In this document: positions 50,345 to 62,295 of the stretch, piece by piece | Numbering within the stretch: position 1 is the first letter of the stretch | Layout: every line of letters starts with the position of its first letter | Position numbers and translations under genes: made by a program | NCBI RefSeq assembly: GCF_036321535.1 | Contig: NC_087436.1 | Coordinates: 112,036,001 to 112,100,000 of the forward strand | Length of the DNA stretch: 64,000 nt | Direction: 5' to 3' | Source: Camelus dromedarius | Lineage: Eukaryota | The notes under the pieces: generated by a model | What the model saw: only the letters and a program-made list of their open reading frames with translations | Told to the model about the DNA's origin: nothing | The model's database searches: none

Positions 50345-50598
50345 ATGTATGAGTATGTGTGTGTACATATGTGTGTATGTGTATATGTGTGTGTATATAT
50401 GTGTGTATTTATGTGTTGTGGGTATATATGCATATGTGTATAGTATGTGTGTAAATGTGTGTGTATATGTTGTGTGTATATATGCACATGTGTGTGTGTT
50501 GTGTGTATATGTGTGTATATATGTGTATATGGTGTATGTGTTGTGTGTATACATGCATGTGTGTATGTGTGTGTGTGTGAGTGTGTGTGTGTGTGTGT
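50345..50598. repeat. Complex (TG/TA)n alternating purine-pyrimidine repeat
   Basis: Read directly. Confidence 0.95.
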
Positions 50599-53500
50599 TT
50601 TACCTCCACAACCTGCTGATGAAGCTAGAGACTGTTTTGTATTTCTGTCCCTTAGATTTCCTACCACTGAGATTTGGGAAAGCCTAATAAACAACACACT
50701 TACTCCCCACACTTGTTTGAAAATAAAAAGCGAACTCAAGCAGGTGGAAATCAAAAATCACCTTTACAAAGATAAAGGCTAGATTAGAAAATGGGACTTG
50801 AGGCCCATGAATCACATGGGCTTTCCTTTGTGGGACCCCAGAGAAGACATGCTCACCATCCCACGTGGGCAGCACCAACATTCCCTAATCCTCGCATCCG
50901 TCTCCCTTCCTGCCCCAAAATGTGTACTGCGCCGGGGAGCTGAGAATGGGCCCTTTCTGCAGTCCTACTCCACAGAAGAGAGGTTGAGGCCAAGCAGGAT
51001 TTTCTCAGCATCTCCTCCAGAATTTACCGAAAGGCTCATTCCACATTTCCTGAGTCAGAGTGAGAAGGGGGTCCAAGAGGGACCCAGGGTGTTACTCTAG
51101 TGAAATTTCCTCCACTTGGAAACCTGCTACCCAGGGCAGGGTGCCCCCCAGGCCCCTGAGACCCCACCAGTGCCCAAATGACACTCCACACACACCATAT
51201 ATTTGAGACACCTATAAATTGGACACCTGATGACCAAATGGGAATAAGAATACCCTCAAATCAATAATATGTTCAGTTTGTTGTTTGTCAACTCTATTTC
51301 AGTACAGCTGTTACAAAAGAAAAGAATTTGCCAGCAGGCCTGGCACAAAATAATTGCTCAACAAATGTTAACTCCTGAGCTGACCTTTACTGTGTTCCTG
51401 TGGAGGAGCCAAATGGCACAGCGGTTCATCTTTAAGTACACCCCACTGAGCTATAGAATCTCTAGACTCGGGAAGGGCTCCCCCGACTTCCTGTGTCATT
51501 GTTTGGCCAGCTTGACCATCCTGCCTGGGACTTCTGATTTGGGGCTGAGCTCTGAAATCGCTGTTTGCTTTCTCTGTCCACTGCTGGTCCGAATACAATG
51601 GCCCATCTCTCCCGTGTGGAAGTTCCCAGGACCCCTCATAATTGTTTCAGATGCTGTGGGGAATGCCTGGCTTTACCTCTGAGGCATTTCTCAGTCCCCT
51701 CTCTGTAAATGTTGCAAAGACCCATATTCTTATTCACACAGTCCCAAATATACCAACCAAACCTGGTGAAAATATATCCAGCCATTTCCCAGTGTTTCTC
51801 TAATAGAATAATAAAGTGAAATTTAATATGATTTATTAAATTATTTACACAGGTTGTATGAAATCCGAGCACATGTTCTGGTTTGGCTGGACAGTTCCAG
51901 TTTCTCTCCATTTTCCTGGCATCCCGTATGGTTGAGCATTAGAACAAAAGCCTGTCAAGTCTGGAGAATAAACTATGTGTGCACTCTAATTACACGGAAC
52001 GGGATCTTTGATCTAAAACCAAAACATGTGCTGGAGCTACATGGAGTCAACCAGAACCTCAGATTAGTAAACTCAGACCTTCTCCCAGGGAAGGTCTTGT
52101 CTACTAGGGACCAGCATGCCAGGCTGCTAAGTGGATGCTCTGAATTTGGGGATGTGAATTGCAATCCTGTTCTCTCCCCAGCGAGTACCACTCAGGTTTG
52201 GTCACCTTTCCTGCCCCATCCAGGCATCCCTCCTTCCACTTAACCTTTGCAGTTCTTACCCCTACACGTTAGTCCTTTTCTCCATTCTGTTTTGTTTGCT
52301 GTGAATCATTTTTAATTTGCTGCCATGTTTTGTGAACATGCACTTACTTGTTTCGATTTGGTTGGCTGAGCTCAGGAGACCCTTCGCAGCGTGGGAAAGA
52401 AGTTCAATTCCATAGCCCCACGTCTGGTCCCCCCTGACCACTGCCCATCCTTCTGTTACTCATGCGTCCTGTTCCTCTCCTCTTCCTCAGCCCCCACATC
52501 CCAGCAGTTGCCTTCCTCCAGAGCTTACTGAAGACGTGAGTGTGTCACAGGTATTAACATGTGCAGACCTCAGCACAAACCCATCACATGCGGAATATCC
52601 TGTCCCCGTTCCCAGATGAAACTGAGTCTCCCAGACGTTAAGAAACTTTCTCGCTCACTGCTAATAAGTGAGTGGCCAAGAAACAAATTATAGCTGATCT
52701 GATTCGAAGACCAAAGGCAGATTCCTGTTCTGGCCTCTCCATCTGACACCTGGCTCCCCTGCCACCTTCAACACTAAATGCACACTCCACCATATCCAGG
52801 AACCCCTTCTTAATTTGGCTCTCAGGCCCTTCCTCTCTTTGTCTTTTCCTTGCAGTGTTTACAGCTTAGATCTTATGCTGTTATAAAATCAGGCATTAGA
52901 TCATTCTTACATCACTCTTGAAATGCTTCTAATTCCTGGCTTCTTATTTAGACTGCATACTTCTCAAAGGTAGAGATGATTTCTTGGAGCTGTTTGTACC
53001 TCTGGAACTTAGCACTGTGCCCTGTAGGTTGCAGGTGGTGAAGAACGCTCACTGGTTGATAGAGTTTCCTCTTCCGTGAAGTCCCCCACAGCACCTGCGA
53101 CGGTGCCTTGTACACCACAGGGACGCGGCGGCGCCGGCTCTGATCTGGGCTAGGTCCCCATTGGGCACCATGCCCCTGGGCTAGAGGCTTTGCCTTCCTG
53201 CACTTCAATACCTTCCCAGGGGAAACACAACTGAATTCGCTCCCCATGCTCTAGCAATACGGGTATGGAGTCAAGAAAAGACAAAATACTCCACAGTCCT
53301 GTCTTATCCCCCTGCCAGGATTTTCACATGGTTCTCAGAGGCTGAGTAAGGGACACACTCCAGGAAAGAGTGGGCTAGATTTAGCAACAATGGGAAAAAT
53401 GCCTTTAGATTCATTTGTAGATAGGGCTATTTAACACACAAACATACACCCGGTTAAGCACACCCTTCCCCTCAGTGGGAGACTGAGTGTGTCTTGTATG

Positions 53501-54002
53501 TGGATGTGGTGCTACTCAGTTATGAAGCACCGTTCCTCTGGCTTCTCTCAATTGAGGCGCTCATGTGGGTATGAAATAGTGTTCTTCTTCTTATTTCTAA
53601 AAGCTTAATGAGCACCTGTCAATATGCCAAATAGTCCCTTCTCATCTGACAAGCATCTTTCTTTAATCAAGCACAGGCAGATATATGTATTTTATGGAAT
53701 TCTAAATAATCTTATAATAAAGAAATGGGGAAATCAATGTATGAATAAATTAAGTCTGGCATTGATTTATTTTTATGTTTTAACATATTGAATTAAATCG
53801 TGGCAATGGGAAAAGATACACAGACACCATCTTGATAGATCATTAGAGCTAATATTTTTAAATGTTAAACATCTGTTGCATGAGCATTACTAATATGTTA
53901 AGATAGATATGGTGTTAAGGGTTTAAGTGACTTTGGGATCAAAGCCAATAGAGTAACTGCCAAAATATATCATTTTATTCATCTTGATTATTTTTGCAAC
54001 TA

Positions 54003-54225
54003 CAGTTGACCCTTGAACAACACGAGATTGAACTGCATGGGTTCACTTAAAGGCAGATTTTTTTTTTCAATAAACACATACTACAGTACTACACGATCCA
54101 AGATTGGTTGAATCCACCAATGCAGAATTGCATATACAGAGGGCGATCTGTCAAGTTACAGGCTGATTTTCGACTGCACTGGGGGGTCGGCATCCCTAAC
54201 CCCCGTGTTGTTCAAGGGTCAACTG
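54003..54225. mobile_element. Tigger2a-type Tc1/mariner MITE
   Basis: Perfect 22-bp terminal inverted repeats CAGTTGACCCTTGAACAACACG (54003-54024 and 54204-54225). TA on the left, TG (probably mutated TA) on the right. Confidence 0.92.
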
Positions 54226-54489
54226 TGATTGAAAGGCTTCTTTCATTCTGCACTCACTGAGTCCTTTAATTATCTAGACTCCTGCCTCTCCCACGAGACC
54301 ACAGGTGCCAGGATGGCAGGAGCCATGTTTTTTTTCCCTTCCTGTCTAATATATTTTATGTTCTAGAAGTGCCTGGTACAGAGAAGGTCTTCAGTGAAAC
54401 ACTTCAGCTACTCTATCTGCATTAGAAATGTGCCTCATCACTGTTTTGGACCCTAGACTTTTACTGAAGTTACACAGAGTGCTTATCAT

Positions 54490-54755
54490 ACCACAGAATA
54501 AAAAAGTGCACGTGATAAAATTGCATGAAGCTAGACATACACATATGCATGTGTGTCCGGGTGGCGAACTCTGGATAAGGTGGGGCTGCATATCAACACC
54601 AACACCATGTCCCTGGTTGTCATAGTTACTGTGCTTGAGCTCTGCCAGATGGTACCACTGGGGAACGCCAAGGGAAGAGTATTCAAGGTTTCTCTGTATC
54701 ATTTCCTACAACAGCATGTGAACCTACAATTATTTCAAAATTAAAAAAATTTTAA
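54490..54755 (+). mobile_element. Old L1M (L1MC/MD-like) 3'UTR end
   Basis: GTATCATTTCCTACAACAGCATGTGAACCTACAATTATTTCAAAATTAAAAAAA 3' terminus. Confidence 0.65.
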
Positions 54756-55073
54756 TGAGTACATCCAAAGAAGAAAAGTGACAAAATTTAGAATGTGGAC
54801 ACAAGTTAGTAATTTGAGTATGCTATTGTTTGTGGAGCTTCCATATACATAAGCATGAAAGTAAATGAGGACTTCATTTTTGGATTGCTAGTTAATAACT
54901 CAGATATTTTGCTATCATAGTGCTGAATAAGAATAAAAGCCATATATGACTCCTTTACCACTGACAAAGAGCAAGAAGATGGGTGTGTGTGTGTGCACAC
55001 ACGTGCGTGTGTGCATATGTGCTGTCAATAGATGAGATTTTTATTTCTTCATTAATTTTCTCCAGGAAAAAGA

Positions 55074-55549
55074 TGTTACCAAACTCAGGCTTGGCTGCTC
55101 ACTGCTCAAAAGCCAGTCATTGAAAGGCAAGTGTCAATAGAAAGGAAAGGTGCTTTAATTAGACAAGCCAGCAATCTGGGGAGAAGGTGGACTCATGTCC
55201 AGAGACCAACTCCAAAGATTCTCAGTCATGACAGATTTTAAAGGAAAAATGGGGGGAAGAATCTGAGTGAATCACTGAAGCAGAAGGTTGGGTTTTGCCT
55301 CATTCTCTGTTGCAGGCAGACTGGCTGCCCCTTCAGATGTTATCTTGCCCCATGGTCTACCTGTAGGCTTGCTGGGGGGCTGCTGGGGTAGTGGGCTAAT
55401 CATTCTTTAGCTGTTTCATTCTTCCTTCTTCCTTCTGTTTATCTAGGAAAAGAATCAACAGGCTAGACAAGGCATGGTGTGCATTCAGGAGAGCATAAGT
55501 CAGGAGCTAGTTTCAATTGCTTAGTGATTTCATTCCTATAATTGGTTTC
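55074..55549 (-). mobile_element. ERV1 solo LTR, MER41-like laurasiatherian type
   Basis: TGTTACCAAACTCAGGCTTGGCTGCTCACTGCTCAAAAGCC terminus and ATTAAA on the minus strand. The right boundary and TSD are unresolved. Confidence 0.7.
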
Positions 55550-56527
55550 CCTTAAGGTTAAAGGGGGACAGAAACGGACAAACAGGAAAGGGGCAAAAGA
55601 GCTGCTTTCAATGACAATAACAAATGCTGATTCAGTATCTGCTGTGTAGCAGGGACCAAGCATTTACAGATTCCAAATGATGTCATCATCTGTTACAGAA
55701 AAGGAGGGGGTGGGGGGCGGACAGACCAGGGTTCAAATCCTGGCTCACCAGTTGTTCTTACTTGTGTGCCTGTGTTGCTTACCTGTGTGAGACAGTTGTA
55801 CAACTTCTCAGTTTCCTTATCCATCAGATAAGAGTGAGTGACAATCCCTACCTTGCAAAAATATGCCCCAGAAATAATATGAGAATGTTCCCAAGCCCCA
55901 GTCCAACTCAATAGACGGGAACTCAACCAAAAGCGAGGTGCTTCTAAATATCACTGGGGACACCTGGGGCTCCTCTCCCATCACTTCCTCCACAGCAATG
56001 GCTCTTATCTTTGGTGTTTCAAAGATGAAGGGCGATCTTTGTGTCATGCATCCGAGGCAGATGCCAGCAGACACTACAACCAGCACTGGGATTCAGAAGC
56101 AGGTGCCTGTGATGGATTATTACAATTTCCTATCACGTAATTGCTTTTCTGTTTGACCAAAGGTACTTCGTTTAATCTATTTCTAATTTGTTTTAAACCA
56201 TTAAATCTGGAAATGCATAAATTGGGAAATATTCTTAGGGAAATCTTTCCAACTTCCTTCCCCAGCACAGCCACGGTTGAGTTAATGTATGGGAGCGCAC
56301 TTGGTAAACAGTAAAACAATATACAAATGTGAGTCATTATTGTTATTACTGTTACTGATCTTTGCTCTAATTTTCCTATGTGCTCTCTCTGCGCTCCGGG
56401 CACAGAGACTCAATGGAATTTAATGGGCCTTGTCAAAGTAGGGAAGAAATGCGTAAGAGGAAGAAATGTTCTCATTTTGATATTCGTGGTTCTACTCCTT
56501 TTCAACCAGAACCTCTTGTTGTGTAAC

Positions 56528-56720
56528 CCAGTTTCTCATCTGGGCACTGTTGGCATTCTGGGTTGGACAGTTCTGTGCTGCAGGGTGAAGGGAGGGGGTG
56601 GTCCCATGCACTGCAGGATGTTTGGCAGCATCCTTGGCCTCTACCCGCTAGATGCCATTCACACCCCATCACTTAATGGCAACCCAAAGTGTGTCCAGAC
56701 ATGGCCAGATGTTCCCATAT
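56528..56720 (+). mobile_element. MER20 hAT-Charlie MITE
   Basis: GCACTGCAGGATGTTTGGCAGCATCCTTGGCCTCTACCCGCTAGATGCCA signature. Confidence 0.85.
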
Positions 56721-57334
56721 AGTAAGTGACCCAAGCCAGGACTGACTTATTACAATAACAGCAAAGAGAAATAGCACATTCAGCAGCATAAGGAACCCCA
56801 ACCTCCCTGCAAACACCTGATGCTTCCAAAAAAGCTATTGGAACACATTTCAGAGCTAGCTAACATTTATTTTTAAACAGAGGGCATGTGTGATGAGAGG
56901 GCATGTTCCGGAAAGACCCAAGTTTTTCTTCTTGCTGCCTATTTTAAGAGTAACGCACAACCCCAGCTCCAAGATCCAACATGGGGGCTGCAGGAATAAC
57001 CTGAACTCTAAAGTCCTCCTACTTCTGACATTCATCTAGTCACCCAGCAATTATTTATTCAGTATCCACAAGTGTCCTCAACACAATCTCTTAGTAGAAT
57101 ACATGCATGCCGATGCTTGGGGGAGCTAGAAACCCCTAAAGGTAAGAAGTCGGACTGGTGCTATTAGGCAGAGCACGTCAGATAAAAACTTGGTCTTTAT
57201 AGATTTTAAGCCAAGATAGCAACTGTGAAACAGATTCATGCCTTTTTCCCTGAAAAGGAAAATTGTGGTAATTACCACCTTTCTTCAGAATCACAACCCC
57301 CTTGGTCACAAACCAGAATTTTCAGTGATGACTT

Positions 57335-57452
57335 GAGAAAAGGGGGTGGGGGGAGAAAGGGGGAAGGATGGAAGGAAGGAAGGAAGGAAGGAAGGAAGGA
57401 AGGAAGGAAGGAAGGAAGGAAGGGAGGAAGGAAGGAAAGAAGGAAAGAAGGT
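57335..57452. repeat. Polypurine tract with (GGAA)13 core
   Basis: Read directly; perfect GGAA run at 57370-57421. Confidence 0.95.
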
Positions 57453-57974
57453 TGGTTCTTTTCTTCCCTTGAAGGACACAGTCTCTCCCTGCTACTGTCG
57501 GGAATGAGAATCGCCATTGTGTCTTATTTTCCTGACCCTGCGAGACGCAGGGTGTTTAATCTCTAATTAAACACCCTGTTGACAGGCTGATGCCAAGCCC
57601 CGCCTCCGCTGATGCTGGCCGGCCTGTAGTTTGGCTCGTTTTCACCCATAATAGATCTATCTGTCTTTGTGCCGTAGCTGCTGCCTAAACAGATTTTCGG
57701 TTTTTAATAAGGAGTGGGAAAGCTTGTAGCCCTTCCCAGCTGTATAGTTGAAAAAAGAAACTAGAACACACGTAAACAAGGGCACAGTTTCCATCCTGTT
57801 AACTCTTGTCTCTCCGGTAGTGAGCCCGGGGGCAGTCCCAGGGCCTCACCAACGCTCAGACATCACTGAACTCTCAGCAGCGCTCCCCAGGCTTCCTTCC
57901 CATTTTGTTCTTCTCTTGCTCTGACGTGGCCCCAAGACAGTGTTGGGATGGGGGATACCTTTATCCTTTAGACT

Positions 57975-58215
57975 TAGCAGTTAGGATTGCAGGTTCTGAA
58001 CTCAAATGGAATTGGCTTCTAATTGGGGTTTGTCACTCACAGGCTGTGTGATTGCAAGTCAGTTGGTTAACATCTCTGAGCCTTGGTTTTCTCAGCTGTG
58101 AAAATGGCATGGTAATGGTACCCTCCTTGCAGGGGGCTGCTCTAATCACGAATGAAGAACACCTTTAAGGCACCTGGTAAAAGTGCTCAGTAAATGGTCA
58201 TGACTGCTGCTGTTG
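57975..58215 (+). mobile_element. MIR SINE
   Basis: TTAACATCTCTGAGCCTTGGTTTTCTCAGCTGTGAAAATGG core. Confidence 0.7.
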
Positions 58216-59409
58216 TCACTGCCACTGGAGTCTTGTTCTCCTCCATGTACCCGGCCAAGGAGCAGAAGGCAGCTCTGGAAATGGCATCCCACTGCACACC
58301 AGGCAGCATTTTCCTGCTGAAATGATGAGAATGTTGACTCATTAAAACAGCAGCAAGCCGGCCGCCGACCGCTTTCATCCTGTGCGGAAAGCGACTACTA
58401 CTGCTTGAACCTGGCCTGTGCACCCTAATGGCATCCCAGTCACCCAACTGCTTGTGGAGGAGCTTCATGCGGACGGCTTATGGGACATGGTAGCATCTTT
58501 GTGTGCGCTGTGTCCCCTGAGCTCTCGCACAGTTCCCAGTGGCGTGGACCCCACATGCCACTGGGGAGGGGCGTGGCTCCGTGATTCACCCACCAGGCCC
58601 TTCTGACGATGAAGAGTATGGGATTCTAGCCATTCGAGCTCCCAGAGAGTGTCGGCATGGAATGCTCATCCGTTTGCACACCTTCAGCCCAAGGTTCTAA
58701 TTGTAGGTTTGTTTCCTTCTCTGGGGCACTGGCTGAGGCCTGCACCAGCGGGTGCTTGGGTTCTGGCTGCCGAGGGAGCCCAGACTTGATGGGACAGTGG
58801 CAGGTGAGCTGAGGGTTCTGGTGGTGACAGTGGGTCCATCCTGCTGCATGTAGCAGGTTTTCCGCGAAGTAGCTCGTTTCTCTCTCACAACGAACCTGGG
58901 AGCCTGGCTCTGTACAGAGGAGGAAACTCATGACAGACTGAAAGGGAAATGTGATTCTACGTAAGAATAGAGATTTGCCAGACTTTTTTCTTCCAAGGTA
59001 CACTTGACAGATGATGCTCGTCCAGTTGACCTACTCTCAGGGATAGATCTATGATTTTAATAAGCCCTCCTCTAAATGTTTCAGAAGAAGTTAAGAAAAT
59101 GGAGTTCAAATTCTAAGCTCTTAGTTCTACGTGTGCTACTTTAAAAAGTTGCTTTCCCACCACTTGAGCAATGATATCACCCAGTCAAAGATCTATTTCT
59201 GAATATCACAGATAACACAAGCTGTGGGTTCTCCACCCTTTCCCAAACACCAGATGTGACTAATTCCTCCTTTCTCGAAAGGAGGCTACCATAAATCAGG
59301 TGACAGCTTCAGGGTTACAGGTTCAAGATGACCCATGCAAAGCTCTTAGAAGACTCCTGCATATTTTAGACGCTCAGTAAGTGACAATAGCTAGTCTGCA
59401 CATAGTCTA

Positions 59410-59625
59410 CCTGTCAAGCATCCTCCTACTGAGTGACACATTTTTTAAAGAATTTAAGCTCCACAAAAAATCTTTTTTCCAGATAAGTACTATTAGTACC
59501 CCCATTTTACAGATGAGGACATCGTGGCTCAGGGTGATTTGCCCCAAACTTTGCAGGTAAAAAGCCGTGAAACTGGGATTTAAACCGAGGCAGGCTTGAT
59601 TCAATCAGGGTCTGCCATCTTTAAC
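59410..59625 (-). mobile_element. MIR SINE
   Basis: CCCCATTTTACAGATGAGGA...CTGGGATTTAAACC. Confidence 0.75.
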
Positions 59626-60188
59626 TGTTTCCACGCCCCAGGGCAGGTTTCCACGGTTTACTGAAAACAGGAATTGGTTCTGGTTTTTTATTTAATAGTC
59701 AGTTAGCCCTAAGCTTCAGGATGTGAACTACTGTTATTAGCAAGTGATTGTGGCTGCTTCCCAGATCCCAGTGAGGCCACTGCGCTGTGACCTCACCTTA
59801 ACTACCCTGGAGGGTGCCCAGCAGAGAGCACAGCAGAGGGGGCTTCCTACTTGTTGGGTGAAGACGTGTGGCAGTCAGCCTCTGAAATAAGAGATTTGCA
59901 GAAATAAGTAAAGAGATGTCTTCCAAAGTAAAGGAGGTGATAGACATTTGGAAATGCCGTTCAGGGTCATTTGGCTTATGTTAGTGGAGAATGAACTACT
60001 GAACGGACTAACAGTGCTGCCATTTGGCTCGGACTGGTTTATATCAGTAATTCTTTGCATCCTGGCTCTGGACAAGCACTGACTATAAGGAGTGGTGATC
60101 ACGGACCACTTGGCAAAGGTTTCCAGTGGTGGCCGCAGAGCAGATCTCGGGCTAGGTTCCATTCAGCTTCTTCATCTATGATGTAGAG

Positions 60189-60419
60189 CAAAGGGTGGCA
60201 TAAATTTTCTGTAAAGAATCACACAGAAAATATTTTAGGCTTTGCAGACCATTAGGTCTCTGTCACACCCACTCAAGTCTGGCATGGTAACAAATAAGCA
60301 AGTACAGAAGACACTCAAATGAATGTGCATGGCTATGTTCCAATAAAACTTTATTTATAAGAACAAGTGAAGGGCCATTATAATGAGACGGACCTCAGGC
60401 CAAAGTTTACTGACCTCAG
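60189..60419 (-). mobile_element. MER58A hAT-Charlie MITE
   Basis: AATATTTTAGGCTTTGCAG...GTTCCAATAAAACTTTATTTA. Confidence 0.8.
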
Positions 60420-61889
60420 ATCAGGACACAGAGGCAGAGTTATTACACCAGTATTGACAAGAACTCTGCCACTGCCCCCTCCTCCTCATCATGGGGCAGA
60501 AGTGTCAGGTGCCACAGAAAGGACACCAAATGGGGAATTGGGAGATCCCAAGCCAAACTGTTCCTCCTCTCCAGACCCCAGGGCCCTCAGTCCTAAAATG
60601 AGAATGATGCCCGCATGTTGCCTTGTGGGTTTTTCAAGAGCACAGAGCAGACAAAAAAAAAGCACAGAGCAGAAACATCCAGGTAAAGCTTGCAGCCCTG
60701 GGCTCACGCACTGCAAGGGCTCGGGAAACACTTCCCTCCCGCTGGTCAGCAACAGTGGGGAGCCACCCTGATGGGACAGAAATGCCTTCTTAGCTCTGTC
60801 AGATACTAGACGAAGTCACCCTGAGAACATTAGGACCAGGCCTAGAGATGGAAGAGTTCTGGGCTGTGACACAAGTCCTGTCACTCCCTGTCTCTGTGTG
60901 TCATTTGGCAAATCACTCACCCGCTCTATGCTTCACTTTACTCCTCTACTAACAAAATTAAAATGGGACTGAGTCATCTCTGACATTCCCAGATACCCTG
61001 GAGTAATGCTCTTAATCTAAAGGTAAACCCATCAGTCAGGGCTCTCACTAACCAGCTTGTGCGCATGTCCACCCCTCCAGACCCCCTCCCCCATCAAAGG
61101 GAAAACCCCAAGCCAACCCATGTGGATGGAACAAGGTCCTTTTCTTTGCCTTTCCCTGCCATTTTTAAAAACACAGTGAGGCTCTGTGAAAAAACAGCTG
61201 CAACCTGTCCTGTCAAAGCTGAGTCAAGGGGGCGGGATGGCAGAGTGTCTTTTGGACCAGCACGTGTACAATTTGCTGCTCTTTGAAACCCCTCCCTCCC
61301 TGGGTCTTTCCATGTCTTAGCTTTTGCAAAATACTGTGGATTTTCTCTCCGAGAATCTGTCTCCATAAAACTGCCCCCTAACGATAGGGAACTGGGGTAA
61401 AGCCCCAGCGAGCAGAAACCCAAGCGTGGGCAGACATTTCCACGGTAGCAGATAGCAGTGAAGCAGGACCCACCCAGAGAAGCAGCGGAGAAGTGACTCG
61501 CTCTGAGGGCAGGAAGCCGCCTTCATCTGTGTGGGTTTGAGCTGCAGCCGCTGAGGCGTGGTTTCTCCTCGAGCGTGAGGGAGGAGGGGAGCCCTCCTGA
61601 GGCTGCAGCCAGCCGGGGCGGGGTTGGGGAGACATCTCCAGGCATGTGAGGCCTTCTTTCCTTCTCAGCGATGCCCCGGGTCTTCTGATCCCGCCTTGGG
61701 CAGCATTCTGGTGCCACAACTGGGCGGTGGGGCTTTCTCTTTTAATTATGGCCTCAGGTGAGCCAGAGGAGGGAAGTAAAGACCCCTGGCTCGAGCTTGC
61801 CGTGTGGATTATGAAAACACACCACCTTATTTTGTTTCCTCATCATCTCTTCAAACTTACTTCGAGTTGTGTGTGTTTCTTGTGGATGC

Positions 61890-62295
61890 TACACCGAGGT
61901 GTTGCCAACCCGGTTGCTTAAAACAATGGAAATTTACTCTCTCACAATTCTGGAGGGAGGCCAGGAGTCAAAATTCAGGTGTCTGCAGGGCTAAGGCTCT
62001 GTTCCCTGCCTCTCTCCCAGCTCCAGTGACTTCCAGCAATCCTGGGTTTGTAGACACAGCCCTCCTATTTCTGCCTCTGTCTTCACCTGGACCCCTTCCC
62101 TGTGTCTCTGTCTGTTTTCCCTTCTCATCTCTTTAAAGGACTTATTGGCTTTACGACCCACTCTACTCCACAATGATCTCATGTCCTTACCTTGAGTGCC
62201 GCTACAACCCTCCCACCCCTTTGTCCATAAAAGTTCACTTTTCTAGATTCCAGGTGGACATATCTTTTGGGGGGACTACTATTCAACCCACTACA
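61890..62295 (-). mobile_element. MLT1 LTR (B/C-like)
   Basis: GCTTAAAACAATGGAAATTTACTCTCTCACAATTCTGGAG...ATTCAACCCACTACA. Confidence 0.85.

Noticed and set aside
50317..50782. His/Thr/Tyr- and Val/Cys-rich ORFs
   Set aside because: Translations of the TG/TA repeat.
59797..59881. 85-nt minus-strand pseudo-exon with good splice sites
   Set aside because: No recognisable coding signal and no other support.
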